From: a virus
Taxonomy: Duplodnaviria > Caudoviricetes
Direction: 5' to 3' (one strand)
IMG/VR virus record: IMGVR_UViG_3300014205_000015
Location: 1 to 64,000 of that record
DNA: 64,000 nucleotides
The notes beneath the pieces were generated by a model. The model saw nothing but the letters and a program-made list of their open reading frames with translations. It searched no databases and was not told the DNA's origin. Position 1 is the first letter of the stretch. Each line of letters starts with the position of its first letter. Shown here one piece after another: positions 33,421-43,851 of the stretch. The position numbers and the translations under genes are program-made.

Positions 33421-35220
33421 ATGATTGACCTCTCCAATCCCGAACGACGAGCAAGGCTGCAGAAGGCTATCAGGTCGTCACGAGACGCACTTGAGCCATT
33501 TCGTCGGGTACGGAAAGAACTAATCAAAGACTATGTTGGCTCGTGGTATCCAGGTGGAAGAGACAGCGAGAACGAAAGAGTCCTCGTTAATCTCATCAAT
33601 CAGACTGCCCGTATCTACACGATTGCCCTGGCAGCGAACAACCCGCAAGTCTTAGTCTCCACCCCACGGACTGAAAACATCGCCTTCGCTCGCAGGTTCG
33701 AAGTGAACCTGAACAAGCTGATTAGCGACATGACCCTGGACAAGACGTTCCGGCAGATTGTCACAGACGCCTTCTTCTGTCTGGGTTGTGGCGTGGTGAT
33801 GATGCGAGACACCAGTACCCGCTTCCACGGCTTACTAGAGTCTGAGGAGGACGTGTGGTTGGATCCAGGTGAACCGTGGCTCAATCGGGTTTCGCTGGAC
33901 GACCTCATCTTAGACATGCCAGCCAAAGAGCTTTCGAAGATGCGCTATTGCGGGCATCGCTACCGCGCCGACTACGAAAAGGTGATGGACGAGCCCGGCT
34001 ATTCGAAGAAGGCTAAGGACAAGCTCAAGCCAACCGGGAGAGAACACCACGACAGCACAGGCGCAGCTCGAGACATTGCTTCGGAGTACGGCAGCGCCCA
34101 AGACGACGACCTGAAAGACATGATTTGGCTCATGGATATTTGGGTGGCTGAGAACAATTCAGTCGTGACGATGGCATGTGACCAAGTTGACCTGGAACCT
34201 CTGATTGAGCGCGAATGGACTGGCTCTCAGGCGGGACCGTACAAGTTCCTCTCCCTGGGAGATACTCCAGACAACGTAATCCCAACGTCACCTGCAATCA
34301 ATCTGAAGGGAATGCACGACCTACAGAACAGGCTGCATCGCAGGATGGAGGATGATTCCGACGCGCACCGATTGGTGAACGTGTATCCGCCTGGCAAGGA
34401 GGATGATGCGAAGCGAATTCAGACGGCAGAGCGCAATTCGTGGCAAAGGATGACTAATCCTGCGGATATTAAGCAGGTTGAAGTTGGCGGTATTGACCAG
34501 CGCGACATGGCGATGGCTACGTTCATTCAAACGGAATACGACCGTTTCGCTGGTAACCTTCAAGCGATGGGCGGACTTGGAGCGCAAGCTGGGACAGTGG
34601 GGCAAGAGGAGTTGATTCACGGTCAGCTATCCAAGAACGTGGCTGACATGCGGATGGGTGTGGTGAACTTCGCGGCTGATTGCATCTTGGACCTGGGGAG
34701 GTTGATGTGGGAGGACCAGACGCTTGAACTGCACACTTCAATGCCAGTGGGCAACAGCGGGATTCAAGTCACCTCTGACTGGTCACCCGACTACCGCATG
34801 GGTGAGTTCGATGACTACGATTTTCGGGTCGAACCGTACTCGATGGTCTTCAAAACTCCCCAGCAGCACCTTCAGGAGTATTTCCAGGTGCTACGTGAGA
34901 TTGCCCCGCTCTGGCCTATGTTCCAGGCGTCGGGAGCTAGCCTCAACGTCCAGGTTTTAGTGGAAGAGATGGCACGTCTGTTGAATAAGCCGGAAATTAC
35001 GCAGTTGATTACGTTTGCGACTCCCGCTGAGATGCTCGGTGGAGACCAGAATACAGTCAGACAGAGCCCGAACACGACACGAACTAACATCCGCAAAAAT
35101 ATTTCGACTGGCGGCACCGAGCAATCGCGCAGCAATTCCTTGATTCGCGACCTCATGGCAGGGCAGTCCTCAAGTACCAACGGACAGCAACAAGCAGCTA
35201 TGGAAAGGGCACCCGCATGA
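33421..35220 (+). CDS. portal protein
   Basis: 599 aa directly after terL; helical; 'G...A.TVGQEELI' and 'DFRVEPYS' portal-like features. Confidence 0.85.
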   Translation: MIDLSNPERRARLQKAIRSSRDALEPFRRVRKELIKDYVGSWYPGGRDSENERVLVNLINQTARIYTIALAANNPQVLVSTPRTENIAFARRFEVNLNKLISDMTLDKTFRQIVTDAFFCLGCGVVMMRDTSTRFHGLLESEEDVWLDPGEPWLNRVSLDDLILDMPAKELSKMRYCGHRYRADYEKVMDEPGYSKKAKDKLKPTGREHHDSTGAARDIASEYGSAQDDDLKDMIWLMDIWVAENNSVVTMACDQVDLEPLIEREWTGSQAGPYKFLSLGDTPDNVIPTSPAINLKGMHDLQNRLHRRMEDDSDAHRLVNVYPPGKEDDAKRIQTAERNSWQRMTNPADIKQVEVGGIDQRDMAMATFIQTEYDRFAGNLQAMGGLGAQAGTVGQEELIHGQLSKNVADMRMGVVNFAADCILDLGRLMWEDQTLELHTSMPVGNSGIQVTSDWSPDYRMGEFDDYDFRVEPYSMVFKTPQQHLQEYFQVLREIAPLWPMFQASGASLNVQVLVEEMARLLNKPEITQLITFATPAEMLGGDQNTVRQSPNTTRTNIRKNISTGGTEQSRSNSLIRDLMAGQSSSTNGQQQAAMERAPA

Positions 35221-35414
35221 CCGACGTACCGAAGGATGGAGAATCGCAAGTGACCGTCTACGTCCGCGTTAGGTTGAGCGATGCAGACAGAAGCGTTAGC
35301 TGGAGGGCGGTTAAAGCGGATTCGCTAACAGCCGGCGTCAAGGTTGCCGAGCAAATGGATGATGTGGAAGTGTGTTTGGAAGCTAGTTTCATTGCAGGGG
35401 GTGCGGTGACGTGA
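35217..35414 (+). CDS. hypothetical protein
   Basis: ATGA-coupled to portal. Confidence 0.5.
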   Translation: MTDVPKDGESQVTVYVRVRLSDADRSVSWRAVKADSLTAGVKVAEQMDDVEVCLEASFIAGGAVT

Positions 35415-35562
35415 CCGTTCACGTACTCCCGATAGAGGACTGGATTGAACACACGGAAGACACAGCCTGCCTGTGTGAGCCAGAAGTTCAATTCGTTGAC
35501 CCAGAGACAGGCGAAGAGTATTCGGAAATGCTGGTAATTCATAACGCGATTGATGGACGTGA

Positions 35563-35907
35563 ATGATGAGCGGAATAGTCCAGAAGTACAACGGCAAGGT
35601 AGTCACTCAGGAAGAGTTAGACAAATTGCTTCCAAGGAAGAAAGACTGGCTCGAAGCGCCACCGATGTCAGCTAACACGTACACCGAACACGACCCGCTG
35701 ATTTCCGAAGCGCTGGGTGTTATGAGAAGCCAAGTACCGGAAATGAGAAAAACACTTGAAAAAGAGAAGATCCCTGGGGTTTCCATTTTGGACAACGGAC
35801 AGGCTCGCATCACAAGTCGCCGTGGTCGCAATCAACTGATGAAGCTTTACGAAGAGATGCGAGGAATGAAACACCACGATATTGATGGCGGATTTGGCGA
35901 TCATTAG
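35563..35907 (+). CDS. hypothetical head-region protein
   Basis: Position between portal and scaffold. Confidence 0.7.
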   Translation: MMSGIVQKYNGKVVTQEELDKLLPRKKDWLEAPPMSANTYTEHDPLISEALGVMRSQVPEMRKTLEKEKIPGVSILDNGQARITSRRGRNQLMKLYEEMRGMKHHDIDGGFGDH

Positions 35908-35951
35908 GGCGATTCAAAGCAAGTAAAGCACAACACACGGAGAACGATTCA

Positions 35952-36968
35952 ATGGCAGTCTCAGACCTACAAGACATCAATGCAACCACCAGCACGGACG
36001 AAATCAAGGCTTTTGCTGAGCAAGTGGCTAAGGAAGTAGAGCAGGAGCGCAAGGGCGAGCCTGAAACTAAGTCTGATGCGCAGATTACCAACGAACAAGC
36101 TGGTCTTCCACAACCAGCCGCCAAAACAAAAGAAACACCTGCCGAGGATAAGTCCGGCAGTGACACCGCCCTGGAGGGCGAGGATACCGGCGACACGCCA
36201 GAAGCCACTGAGTGGCTGACTGATGACGTGAAAGCCGAGGCAGCCGCGTATGGACTTGAAGAATCGGAAATAGCCGACTTCACCAGTCGCGAGGAGCTTG
36301 ACCGGGCATTACGCCTATTTGACAAGACTGCACTAGAAGCCGGTCGCAAGGCATTGGCGGAAAGTGACGCAAGTCCTACTCGTGACGAGAAAGGCAAGTT
36401 TGTCAAACAGGAAGCACCGAAAGCTGAACCACCCAAGGAGGCAGCTCCGCAGGATGGACGGTATCAGGTTGCACTGGAAAACGAGGATATATGGGACGAG
36501 GACATCGCGTCGGGTGTGAAAAAACTCGCAACCGGACTGCGCGACCACTTCGATTCTCGTTTGGAGGCATTGGAAGCATACTTTGCAGAGCAGAGGGTCG
36601 TTGCTAAAGAGCGGCACTTTGACAGCTTGGTTGATTCCCTTGGTCACCCCGATTTGTTCGGTGCGACGGACAAGGAAACTGCTCAGGAGAAGCAGCGCCG
36701 AGAAGACCTATTTGTAGAGGTTGAAACCTACCTAAAAGGTCGCGAAGCACTGGGTCGCCCAGCAGCAATGAATGACGCAATTATCAGCCGGATTGCTCGG
36801 TCCCTCTTTTCGGAGGAACTCGGCAAGAAGGAACTAAAAAAACGGACCAGCAAAATTTCCAAACAGAGCAACATGCGACAAGGTGGCAGTCCCACCAAGC
36901 CGCTGCCGCCACGGGATGACCCTCGTGACGAAGCGGACCGGCTCTACAAGGAATTGAGCAGGTCATAA
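35952..36968 (+). CDS. capsid scaffolding protein
   Basis: Acidic and helical, RDEKGKF motif, directly before the capsid gene. Confidence 0.75.
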   Translation: MAVSDLQDINATTSTDEIKAFAEQVAKEVEQERKGEPETKSDAQITNEQAGLPQPAAKTKETPAEDKSGSDTALEGEDTGDTPEATEWLTDDVKAEAAAYGLEESEIADFTSREELDRALRLFDKTALEAGRKALAESDASPTRDEKGKFVKQEAPKAEPPKEAAPQDGRYQVALENEDIWDEDIASGVKKLATGLRDHFDSRLEALEAYFAEQRVVAKERHFDSLVDSLGHPDLFGATDKETAQEKQRREDLFVEVETYLKGREALGRPAAMNDAIISRIARSLFSEELGKKELKKRTSKISKQSNMRQGGSPTKPLPPRDDPRDEADRLYKELSRS

Positions 36969-36988
36969 CCATATAAGGAAAGTGCATC

Positions 36989-38107
36989 ATGGCACTAGGC
37001 ATTGAGCAAATTGATGATTTCGTAGCCAGTATCCACGATAAATTCGCTGGAGAAGACCGGCTTGCCGCGCAGGATATCTCCCTGCCGCTGCAAGAGTACA
37101 AGTACGCATCGCGCCTTTTCAGCGGAAATCTGAAGAAGGACACGATGAGCACTTCGCAGTGTAAGTGGAAGGTCAAGGTTAACACCAACGACAACTTCCA
37201 GCCGGTCGGACTGTATCACCGAGATTCATCGACTCGGGTGAACGTCCTCAGTGAAGGCGAGTTGAAGTGGGCGTTGACGACCAACAACTACCACTACGAC
37301 ATCGACGAGGAAATCTTCCAGACTGGTGGTCGGCAGATTTACGACTACATCGAATCCATGGAGCGGGATTTGATGACTTCGTTCTACACAGGAATGGAAG
37401 ACTTGATTTTCGGACCTGGACCAGCCGGACCGACTGAATCCCCGTTCACGGTCGCTTCTCTGTTGTGGTGGATCACCGCTACGGACGACAGCACGACCGA
37501 GAACAATTCGGAAGAAGGGTTCGACGGCTACGCTCCGGTTGGTTGGGGCTCGACTGGTGTTGGTGGAATCGACCCCACGGTTTACGCACAGTGGAGGAAC
37601 CGAACGTTCCCCTACACCAATGTGGACCGGGACGATTTTGTGGAGAAGGTCATCAACTCGATGGACCTGTGCCAGTTCACTCCTCCTGTTCAGCGCCCTG
37701 ACATCGTGGACCAGAAGCGTCACGACTGGGAACTGCTGACCACCCACAGCCGTTTAGCCGCTGCACGCCGTCTGCTCCAACTGGGCAACGATAACATCGG
37801 TGACGACATGGCGGCGCACAGCGGCACGGTTTATGTCCGTGGTGTTCCGCTCAACTGGGTTCCAGCCTGGACTAATGCTGCCAGCGAAAATGCTCGCACG
37901 GACGGTATCATCCTGGGCGTTAACTGGGCTACCTTCCGAGCCTACTACGCTGCCGGTCGCCAGATGCGCAAGCGAAAGGCGTTCCAGCATCCTGAAATGA
38001 GCAACGTTCGCGTTCGCTGCATGGACGATGCAGTGCAGATGGTGTGCTTCAATCGCCGCGGTAACTTCCGTGGATATTGCACAAGCACTGTAACTGAAAC
38101 CGCTTAA
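36989..38107 (+). CDS. major capsid protein
   Basis: 372 aa after scaffold; strong codon bias; 'RGVPLNWVP', 'GILGVNW' HK97-like late strands. Confidence 0.85.
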   Translation: MALGIEQIDDFVASIHDKFAGEDRLAAQDISLPLQEYKYASRLFSGNLKKDTMSTSQCKWKVKVNTNDNFQPVGLYHRDSSTRVNVLSEGELKWALTTNNYHYDIDEEIFQTGGRQIYDYIESMERDLMTSFYTGMEDLIFGPGPAGPTESPFTVASLLWWITATDDSTTENNSEEGFDGYAPVGWGSTGVGGIDPTVYAQWRNRTFPYTNVDRDDFVEKVINSMDLCQFTPPVQRPDIVDQKRHDWELLTTHSRLAAARRLLQLGNDNIGDDMAAHSGTVYVRGVPLNWVPAWTNAASENARTDGIILGVNWATFRAYYAAGRQMRKRKAFQHPEMSNVRVRCMDDAVQMVCFNRRGNFRGYCTSTVTETA

Positions 38108-38110
38108 GGT

Positions 38111-38132
38111 TTTGTCCACAATTGTGGACAAA
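38111..38132. repeat. palindrome copy 5 (TTTGTCCACAATTGTGGACAAA)
   Basis: Perfect 22-bp palindrome 3 nt after the capsid stop. Confidence 0.9.
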
Positions 38133-38148
38133 TCTGAGGCTCAAGAAA

Positions 38149-38190
38149 ACGTCGTATGGGGGCGGTGACGTAAAACAAAACGCCCCTTGT
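38149..38190 (+). other. H-type pseudoknot or terminator-like element downstream of the capsid gene
   Basis: ACGTC/GACGT crossing GGGGCG/CGCCCC with an A-rich loop AAAACAAAA. Confidence 0.45.
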
Positions 38191-38243
38191 TTCGGTGATT
38201 ACTGTAACAGCCGCAAACATTCTAATGCGGCAAAGGATTTGAA

Positions 38244-39140
38244 ATGGCAATGCTTACTTTTAGTGAACTTCATGGTGACCGACTGTACTCTCCGAAGTTG
38301 TGGCGTGGGCTTGCGCCTCCGCTGACTTCGGGACCGTTCACGTCTCCATCTGGGAATCCAGCCATCGGCGTGTTCGATGACTTTGTGGGATTTGGCGGCA
38401 CGCTCAGTACGAATACTGGTTCGTACTACAGTGGGGTGAACCGCTACATCTCCTACCAGACCGCCAGCACTTTGCTGACGAACGTGGCTTTGACGCCGAC
38501 TCCGGCTAGTGTCGCACCAACAAGCATTGGGGCGGTTATCTTCCAACCGGCTTCGGGCATTACGGACAATGACCAAATCTCCTTGCAATGGGGCGGTCAC
38601 GAACTGACTCCGTTTGGGTCGTTCCCGTTTGCGGTCATTCCTGGCATGAGCAAGGACTTGGCGTTCGAGTGCCGTTTGAAGGTGAACACTATCTCCAACA
38701 GTATCGGGGATATCTTCATCGGCTTGGCTGGTGCAGCTGGAGTTGCTCCAGCAGCTCAAAATGTTCCTATTACTGCGACCGCCGACACGTTGGCGACTAC
38801 AGTGAGCCTGTTGGGCTTCCATAAGCTCTCTGGTGACGGTGACAAAGTTGATTTTGCTTACGAGCGTGCCAGTGGTACGACCGCATACAAGACCGACGTG
38901 GCTACCCTTGTTGCGGACACCTACATCAAGCTGGGCTTCCGCTACTCGGGACGGACTAAGACTGTCTCGCTGTTTGTGGATGGTGCGGAAGTGACTGCCT
39001 CTCGCGTGGCTGCTTCGGTAACGGGTGCAACTCCGTGGCCGAACGACTTCATGGCGCCGATGCTTGCAACCATGCAAGTCGATGGCACAACCGCAATGAC
39101 GCCGACAGTGGATTGGTACGCCTGCGCTCAGTACGTGTAA
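38244..39140 (+). CDS. minor capsid / cement protein (beta-sandwich)
   Basis: After capsid gene; T/G/A-rich beta pattern. Confidence 0.7.
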   Translation: MAMLTFSELHGDRLYSPKLWRGLAPPLTSGPFTSPSGNPAIGVFDDFVGFGGTLSTNTGSYYSGVNRYISYQTASTLLTNVALTPTPASVAPTSIGAVIFQPASGITDNDQISLQWGGHELTPFGSFPFAVIPGMSKDLAFECRLKVNTISNSIGDIFIGLAGAAGVAPAAQNVPITATADTLATTVSLLGFHKLSGDGDKVDFAYERASGTTAYKTDVATLVADTYIKLGFRYSGRTKTVSLFVDGAEVTASRVAASVTGATPWPNDFMAPMLATMQVDGTTAMTPTVDWYACAQYV

Positions 39141-39219
39141 CAGTCTGTAGAGTGGGGGCGGGCACTGGCTCGCCCCCAAGCTACGCTGGTTTTTAGTGTT
39201 GTCGGGTGAGAGGGAAGCT

Positions 39220-40470
39220 ATGACCACAAAAGCGGTAATCTCGACCTACACAACGGGGCAGACTCTGTACTGGTTCCCGATTAGCCGTTCGCTAGCTGAC
39301 TGGACGACATATCGAGTCTTAGCTACGGAAGCTAGTGCGCCCAATTTAGGCAGATACTCAGCCACACTGGACTCTGACAATGCTGACTTAACAGCAGATC
39401 CAGACGCAACGTTTGTATTGTTTTCGGGTACGGCTCAGCCGAGCAGTTTCACCGAAGCCTTGCAGACAACCGATGTAATCGACCAAACGGATACAGCATC
39501 AAGTGGCGTTGTCGATGCAAGCTCCTCAACGCTAGGGCAGCGAGTGGGGCATTACTTGTTTGGCATTCGCAGTGGGTTCTCGACAGACCAAGAGGACGAC
39601 ATCAACGACTGTGTGCATGATGGGCTGTACCGGGTGTACACTGCGCACGCATGGTCTTTCCTGCGACCCGTGGCTGACGTGACCACTACAGCGCCTTACG
39701 CCACTGGAACTATCACGGTAGCGTCAGGGGTGGTAACGCTCTCAGGAGGGACGTTCCCGTCATGGGCTGCAGATGGCACGCTGCAGGTTAGCAACCAGTA
39801 TTACTCGGTATCCAGCCGAGACAGTGACACACAAATCACTCTGGATTCGACATCAGCAACCGTTTCCTCTGCCGCAAGCTATCAGCTAGCCAGACCGGAA
39901 ATACCACTGGACGCTGCGTTCGACTCGGTGGCGAATGATAGCGACTTGACCTACTATCCAAGTCCCGACTACTGGTATCCGCCAGTGAGATGGCGGCACG
40001 ACTCGTTGATTCGCCAGCTCGAGGGCAACAATCCAGAGTTTGACCGACCAGTGTACTATTCGGTCAGAACGGTGACGTTCGATGCAACAGTCGGCAGTCG
40101 CAAGGTACTGGCGCTATACCCAGCACCAGACCAAGCCTACACGCTCAGGGTGCCGATGATTCTGAGACCAGTGCTGATTGACGATACAAACCTCTATGCA
40201 ATTGGCGGAGAGGTTCTGAGCCAGGTTATCTTGGAAGCGTGCTTGGCAGCTGCTGAGCACAACTTCGAAGAGAGAGAACACGTTCACGAGAAGCGGTTCA
40301 TGGAATTGATTGGTCTGGCGATTCGTGAGGACCAAGAGCGTTCTAGCCCTACGAGTTTAGGACCAGACGGCTCACGCTTTGGACGCGGCGGTTTTGGTGT
40401 GGTAGATTATGCGTACCGACTGCGAGAGCAGCGAATGGGTGGATTAACGCTGGATGGCACGAGTCTATAG
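39220..40470 (+). CDS. head-tail adaptor / tail tubular protein A-like
   Basis: DCVHDG..RVY..H.WSFL and LYPAPDQAYTL motifs typical of adaptor proteins. Confidence 0.7.
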   Translation: MTTKAVISTYTTGQTLYWFPISRSLADWTTYRVLATEASAPNLGRYSATLDSDNADLTADPDATFVLFSGTAQPSSFTEALQTTDVIDQTDTASSGVVDASSSTLGQRVGHYLFGIRSGFSTDQEDDINDCVHDGLYRVYTAHAWSFLRPVADVTTTAPYATGTITVASGVVTLSGGTFPSWAADGTLQVSNQYYSVSSRDSDTQITLDSTSATVSSAASYQLARPEIPLDAAFDSVANDSDLTYYPSPDYWYPPVRWRHDSLIRQLEGNNPEFDRPVYYSVRTVTFDATVGSRKVLALYPAPDQAYTLRVPMILRPVLIDDTNLYAIGGEVLSQVILEACLAAAEHNFEEREHVHEKRFMELIGLAIREDQERSSPTSLGPDGSRFGRGGFGVVDYAYRLREQRMGGLTLDGTSL

Positions 40471-40493
40471 CTCACTAGGAAGAGACCAATACT

Positions 40494-40877
40494 ATGTTTT
40501 CATCAGCCAAGGTTGACATTCTTACAGACGCCAGCGGCGATGCGACCGTTTACATTTCGCACGCGCAGAGCAGAGGGGTTAACGGTTTCCTGGTAATGCT
40601 GAAGTACACCCCAGGAACGCTGGCAACCGGGGCAGACTTGACGATTACCGGAGAGGCTAGTGGAGTGCCGATTTTGACGGTAACAAACGCTGGCACCGAC
40701 AATGTGTTTTACTACCCTCGCGCACTGAACAATGCAGTAGCGGACGCCGCAGCGGGTTCTGCTGGCACCGAATTCATACCGATTAAAGACGAACGCATTA
40801 AAGTTGTCATTGCTCAAGGTGGCAATGCCGGGGCGGGTTCAATTGAAGCCACCCTGATGGTTAATTCACCTTACTAG
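40494..40877 (+). CDS. virion structural protein
   Basis: Beta-rich; position in the structural module. Confidence 0.7.
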   Translation: MFSSAKVDILTDASGDATVYISHAQSRGVNGFLVMLKYTPGTLATGADLTITGEASGVPILTVTNAGTDNVFYYPRALNNAVADAAAGSAGTEFIPIKDERIKVVIAQGGNAGAGSIEATLMVNSPY

Positions 40878-40934
40878 ACCTTTGTTACTTCGGGCGCAAG
40901 CCTGTTCCTCCCCTTTTCCAAAAGGAATGCTGAA

Positions 40935-41294
40935 ATGTCACATCGAATCCACTACGACCTGTATAGAGCCGCAAAACAAATGGCGGACCCAGGCAATACG
41001 AAAACCATTCGCGTCACAGAAGACTTGAAAATCTGCGAGATGACGACTGGCGGTTCTGGCGAAACTCGCACACTCGCTAATCCAACCAAGGCGGGGCTGC
41101 GATTTGTTCTGCGCCTGCATACTGATGGTGGCGGGGATGCAGTTGTTACTGCGGCGAACGGTCTGAACGTGACCGGCAACACTCAGGCTACCTTCGCTGA
41201 CGCTGGCGACCTGCTGTCCTTGGTGTCTGTCACTCATACCACTGGTTACAGGTGGGAAATCGACGTAAACACTGGGAGTGTAGCACTCGCTTAA
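40935..41294 (+). CDS. virion protein, paralogue of 41342-41968
   Basis: Shared HRI..DLY..DPGN..ETRTLANPTK.G..RL.TDGGG core. Confidence 0.8.
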   Translation: MSHRIHYDLYRAAKQMADPGNTKTIRVTEDLKICEMTTGGSGETRTLANPTKAGLRFVLRLHTDGGGDAVVTAANGLNVTGNTQATFADAGDLLSLVSVTHTTGYRWEIDVNTGSVALA

Positions 41295-41341
41295 TATCTG
41301 GGTATTTAACCCTATTCCTCTTTTCCGAAAGGAAATGTTCC

Positions 41342-41968
41342 TTGAGTATTTCACCTCATCGTATTTTGCACGACCTTTATAGGGGTCCGAAGCTAATTAC
41401 CGACCCTGGTAACGGCGGCACCATTCTTGCCAACGCGGATCTCCAGGTATGCGAACTGACCAGTGGCGCGTCCGCTGAAACTCGCACACTTGCCAATCCA
41501 ACCAAGCCTGGGATACGCGCGGTTTTACGCCTTCTCACCGATGGCGGTGGTGCTATTACGGTCACTTCGGCAAACGGATTGAACGTAGCACTGACTACGA
41601 CCGTTGTATTTGCAGATGCTGGGGATAGCGTGTCGCTGATTTCCGTATCACGGACAGCAACCACGTATCGCTGGGAAGTGCTTGTGCGGACCGGCGCGGC
41701 GGTAGCTACAGCCACCGCAACAGCTACGTCCAGTGCAACGTCTACATCGTCCGTGACTGCCACTGGAACTTCGACTTCTACTGCCACAGCCACTGCAACG
41801 AGCAGTAGTACGCAGTCGATATCCGGTTCGGATACGGCTTCTGGAACGTTCAGTGCTTCGGCATCCAGAACTTCCACTGCAACAGCAACGTCCACTGGAA
41901 CGAGCACGACTTCGGTATCTGCAACTGGCACATCTTCGTCCACCGCAACGGCTACAGCAACTCAGTAA
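41342..41968 (+). CDS. virion protein with mucin-like Thr/Ser/Ala tail
   Basis: TTG start; paralogue core plus about 85-aa T/S/A tail ending TATATATQ. Confidence 0.8.
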   Translation: MSISPHRILHDLYRGPKLITDPGNGGTILANADLQVCELTSGASAETRTLANPTKPGIRAVLRLLTDGGGAITVTSANGLNVALTTTVVFADAGDSVSLISVSRTATTYRWEVLVRTGAAVATATATATSSATSTSSVTATGTSTSTATATATSSSTQSISGSDTASGTFSASASRTSTATATSTGTSTTSVSATGTSSSTATATATQ

Positions 41969-41983
41969 AGGAAGGTTCAGTCC

Positions 41984-42592
41984 ATGGCTTTTGATAAAAC
42001 GCCAACCACATGGCTGGCAAGCTGGTCGGAAAACGGCACGGACATTACCGTGCCGATTGCGACCTTTCCAGAGTTGACTGCAGCCGAGGCAGATGCGGCT
42101 ACCGGAGACATTCGCAAGATTGCCTTCGCCATCATCGAAAAGCTCTACAGTGTGTACAACAGCACGGTGGAAGCAGACCGTCCTATAAAATGGACGATTA
42201 GGAAATCTGCCTCAGTAGATGCTGTTCGCAACGTAATGAAGAGTCAGTACGTTGTCTGGTTCGAGACGGAAATCGGGACACAGGAAGTAGCTGACGAGAC
42301 TTCCAGTTCCGCGACGGCTACTGGTACATCGACAGCTTCGGCTACAGCAACATCGTCGTCCACTTCCACGGCAACTCCAACTGCTACGTCTACCTCGACA
42401 GGCAGCAGCACGAGTACCAGCACACAGTCGATCTCTGGGTCAGATACCGCTTCTGGTACATTCAGTGCTTCGGCTACTTCTACGGGTTCAGCTACCTCGA
42501 CATCGACATCGACGAAGACTGCAACACCGACAGCAACTTCCAGCAGCACGCTTTCAAGCACCGCAACAGCGACGGCTACAGCTACTCAATAA
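41984..42592 (+). CDS. virion protein with mucin-like Thr/Ser/Ala tail
   Basis: C-terminal about 95-aa T/S/A tract sharing STQSISGSDTASGTFSASA and ending TATATATQ. Confidence 0.8.
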   Translation: MAFDKTPTTWLASWSENGTDITVPIATFPELTAAEADAATGDIRKIAFAIIEKLYSVYNSTVEADRPIKWTIRKSASVDAVRNVMKSQYVVWFETEIGTQEVADETSSSATATGTSTASATATSSSTSTATPTATSTSTGSSTSTSTQSISGSDTASGTFSASATSTGSATSTSTSTKTATPTATSSSTLSSTATATATATQ

Positions 42593-42601
42593 GGATGGGC
42601 T

Positions 42602-43234
42602 ATGCAGTTTCAAGAGGCACTGGCAAGACGCTTCAATTTCGTTGGCAGGGCGGACAGGGACAATCTCCCGTCCGCTGCTATCCACCGAGCCAATTGGGGT
42701 CCGGCTGGAGACCACGGAAGGCAGTCGCTAGCTAGGATGCTTGGCGACTTGGGGTATCGGGAAGGAGTGGAAATCGGTACGCATCGCGCAGAGTCGTCAG
42801 TAATGTGGCTCAAGCGTGCCCCTGGTTTGCATTTGACGTGCATTGACCCGTATGCAACGTATGCCGCTAGACAATCCCAGAGGCTACAGGATTCTATCTA
42901 CGCTGGGGCGGTCGAAAGATTGAAGCCTTACAATGCAGACATTATCCGCGCAGCTAGCCTGGATGTTGTTGGTAGCTTCGAAGATGGCTCGATTGACTTC
43001 CTCTACATTGACGGGGACCACGAATTCGACCCTGTTATGCAAGACTTAATCTGTTGGGCGCCCAAGGTGCGTAGTGGCGGAATGATTGTGCTGCACGACT
43101 ACTGTGTAGTGTGGCGCGGCGGTGTGATGAAAGCAGTGGACGCTTACACTTCAGCGCACCGCATTGACCCGTGGTACGTCACTAGGGACGCCAACCCGTG
43201 TGCCTTCTGGGAGAAGGGAACAGAGCGGGCATGA
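42602..43234 (+). CDS. class I SAM-dependent methyltransferase (Methyltransf_24-like; probably a glycan O-methyltransferase)
   Basis: GVEIGT, IDPY, IDFLYIDGDH, GGMIVLHDY. Confidence 0.85.
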   Translation: MQFQEALARRFNFVGRADRDNLPSAAIHRANWGPAGDHGRQSLARMLGDLGYREGVEIGTHRAESSVMWLKRAPGLHLTCIDPYATYAARQSQRLQDSIYAGAVERLKPYNADIIRAASLDVVGSFEDGSIDFLYIDGDHEFDPVMQDLICWAPKVRSGGMIVLHDYCVVWRGGVMKAVDAYTSAHRIDPWYVTRDANPCAFWEKGTERA

Positions 43235-43851
43235 AGCGGCTATCAATTGGTAAATTGTGTGAATGTGGGTGCGGAAAGCCTGCGCCAATCGCAAAAAACA
43301 CAGATAAGCGCCGTGGCCATATTAAGGGACAGTCGCTCCGATTCATTCGCGGACACCACCCAGTTCCAAACAGGTATCGGTTCTGCGAGCAGGACAGAGC
43401 AAAGAGTGGTACGCCGCGAGGGTACAAATACTCCAGCGAACGCAATCGAAAGATTCGTGAGGCTAAGCTCGCTCGCGGCTTCAAGGGACCGACGTTTGGT
43501 CTTAAAAGTTCTACCGAAACAAAGGCAAAGCATAGGAGCATCGCCATTGAAAATAAACATCACCGGCACTTCCCGAACAGGACTGACGAAGCGTCGGCCA
43601 ACTGGAAGGGTGGAGGGATGTCGTACTGGAGGCGCAAAGCTCTGAAGCGTGATGAATATACGTGCCAGCGCTGTGGCCTGAGAGATGAAGACATTATGTG
43701 CGTAGACCACATAAAGCCAAAGGCTCTATATCCAGAACTGTACTTAGATTTGGAAAACCTACAGACATTGTGCCCTAATTGTCATGCGCGCAAAAGCAAT
43801 GCCGAGAAGAAGGTTATCCTGCAAGCAAAAAGGGCTTCTCAATGCGGTTAA
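43231..43851 (+). CDS. HNH endonuclease (NUMOD3-like N-terminus)
   Basis: CECGCG, RDEYTCQRCG, VDHIKP, NLQTLCPNCH. Confidence 0.88.
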   Translation: MKRLSIGKLCECGCGKPAPIAKNTDKRRGHIKGQSLRFIRGHHPVPNRYRFCEQDRAKSGTPRGYKYSSERNRKIREAKLARGFKGPTFGLKSSTETKAKHRSIAIENKHHRHFPNRTDEASANWKGGGMSYWRRKALKRDEYTCQRCGLRDEDIMCVDHIKPKALYPELYLDLENLQTLCPNCHARKSNAEKKVILQAKRASQCG

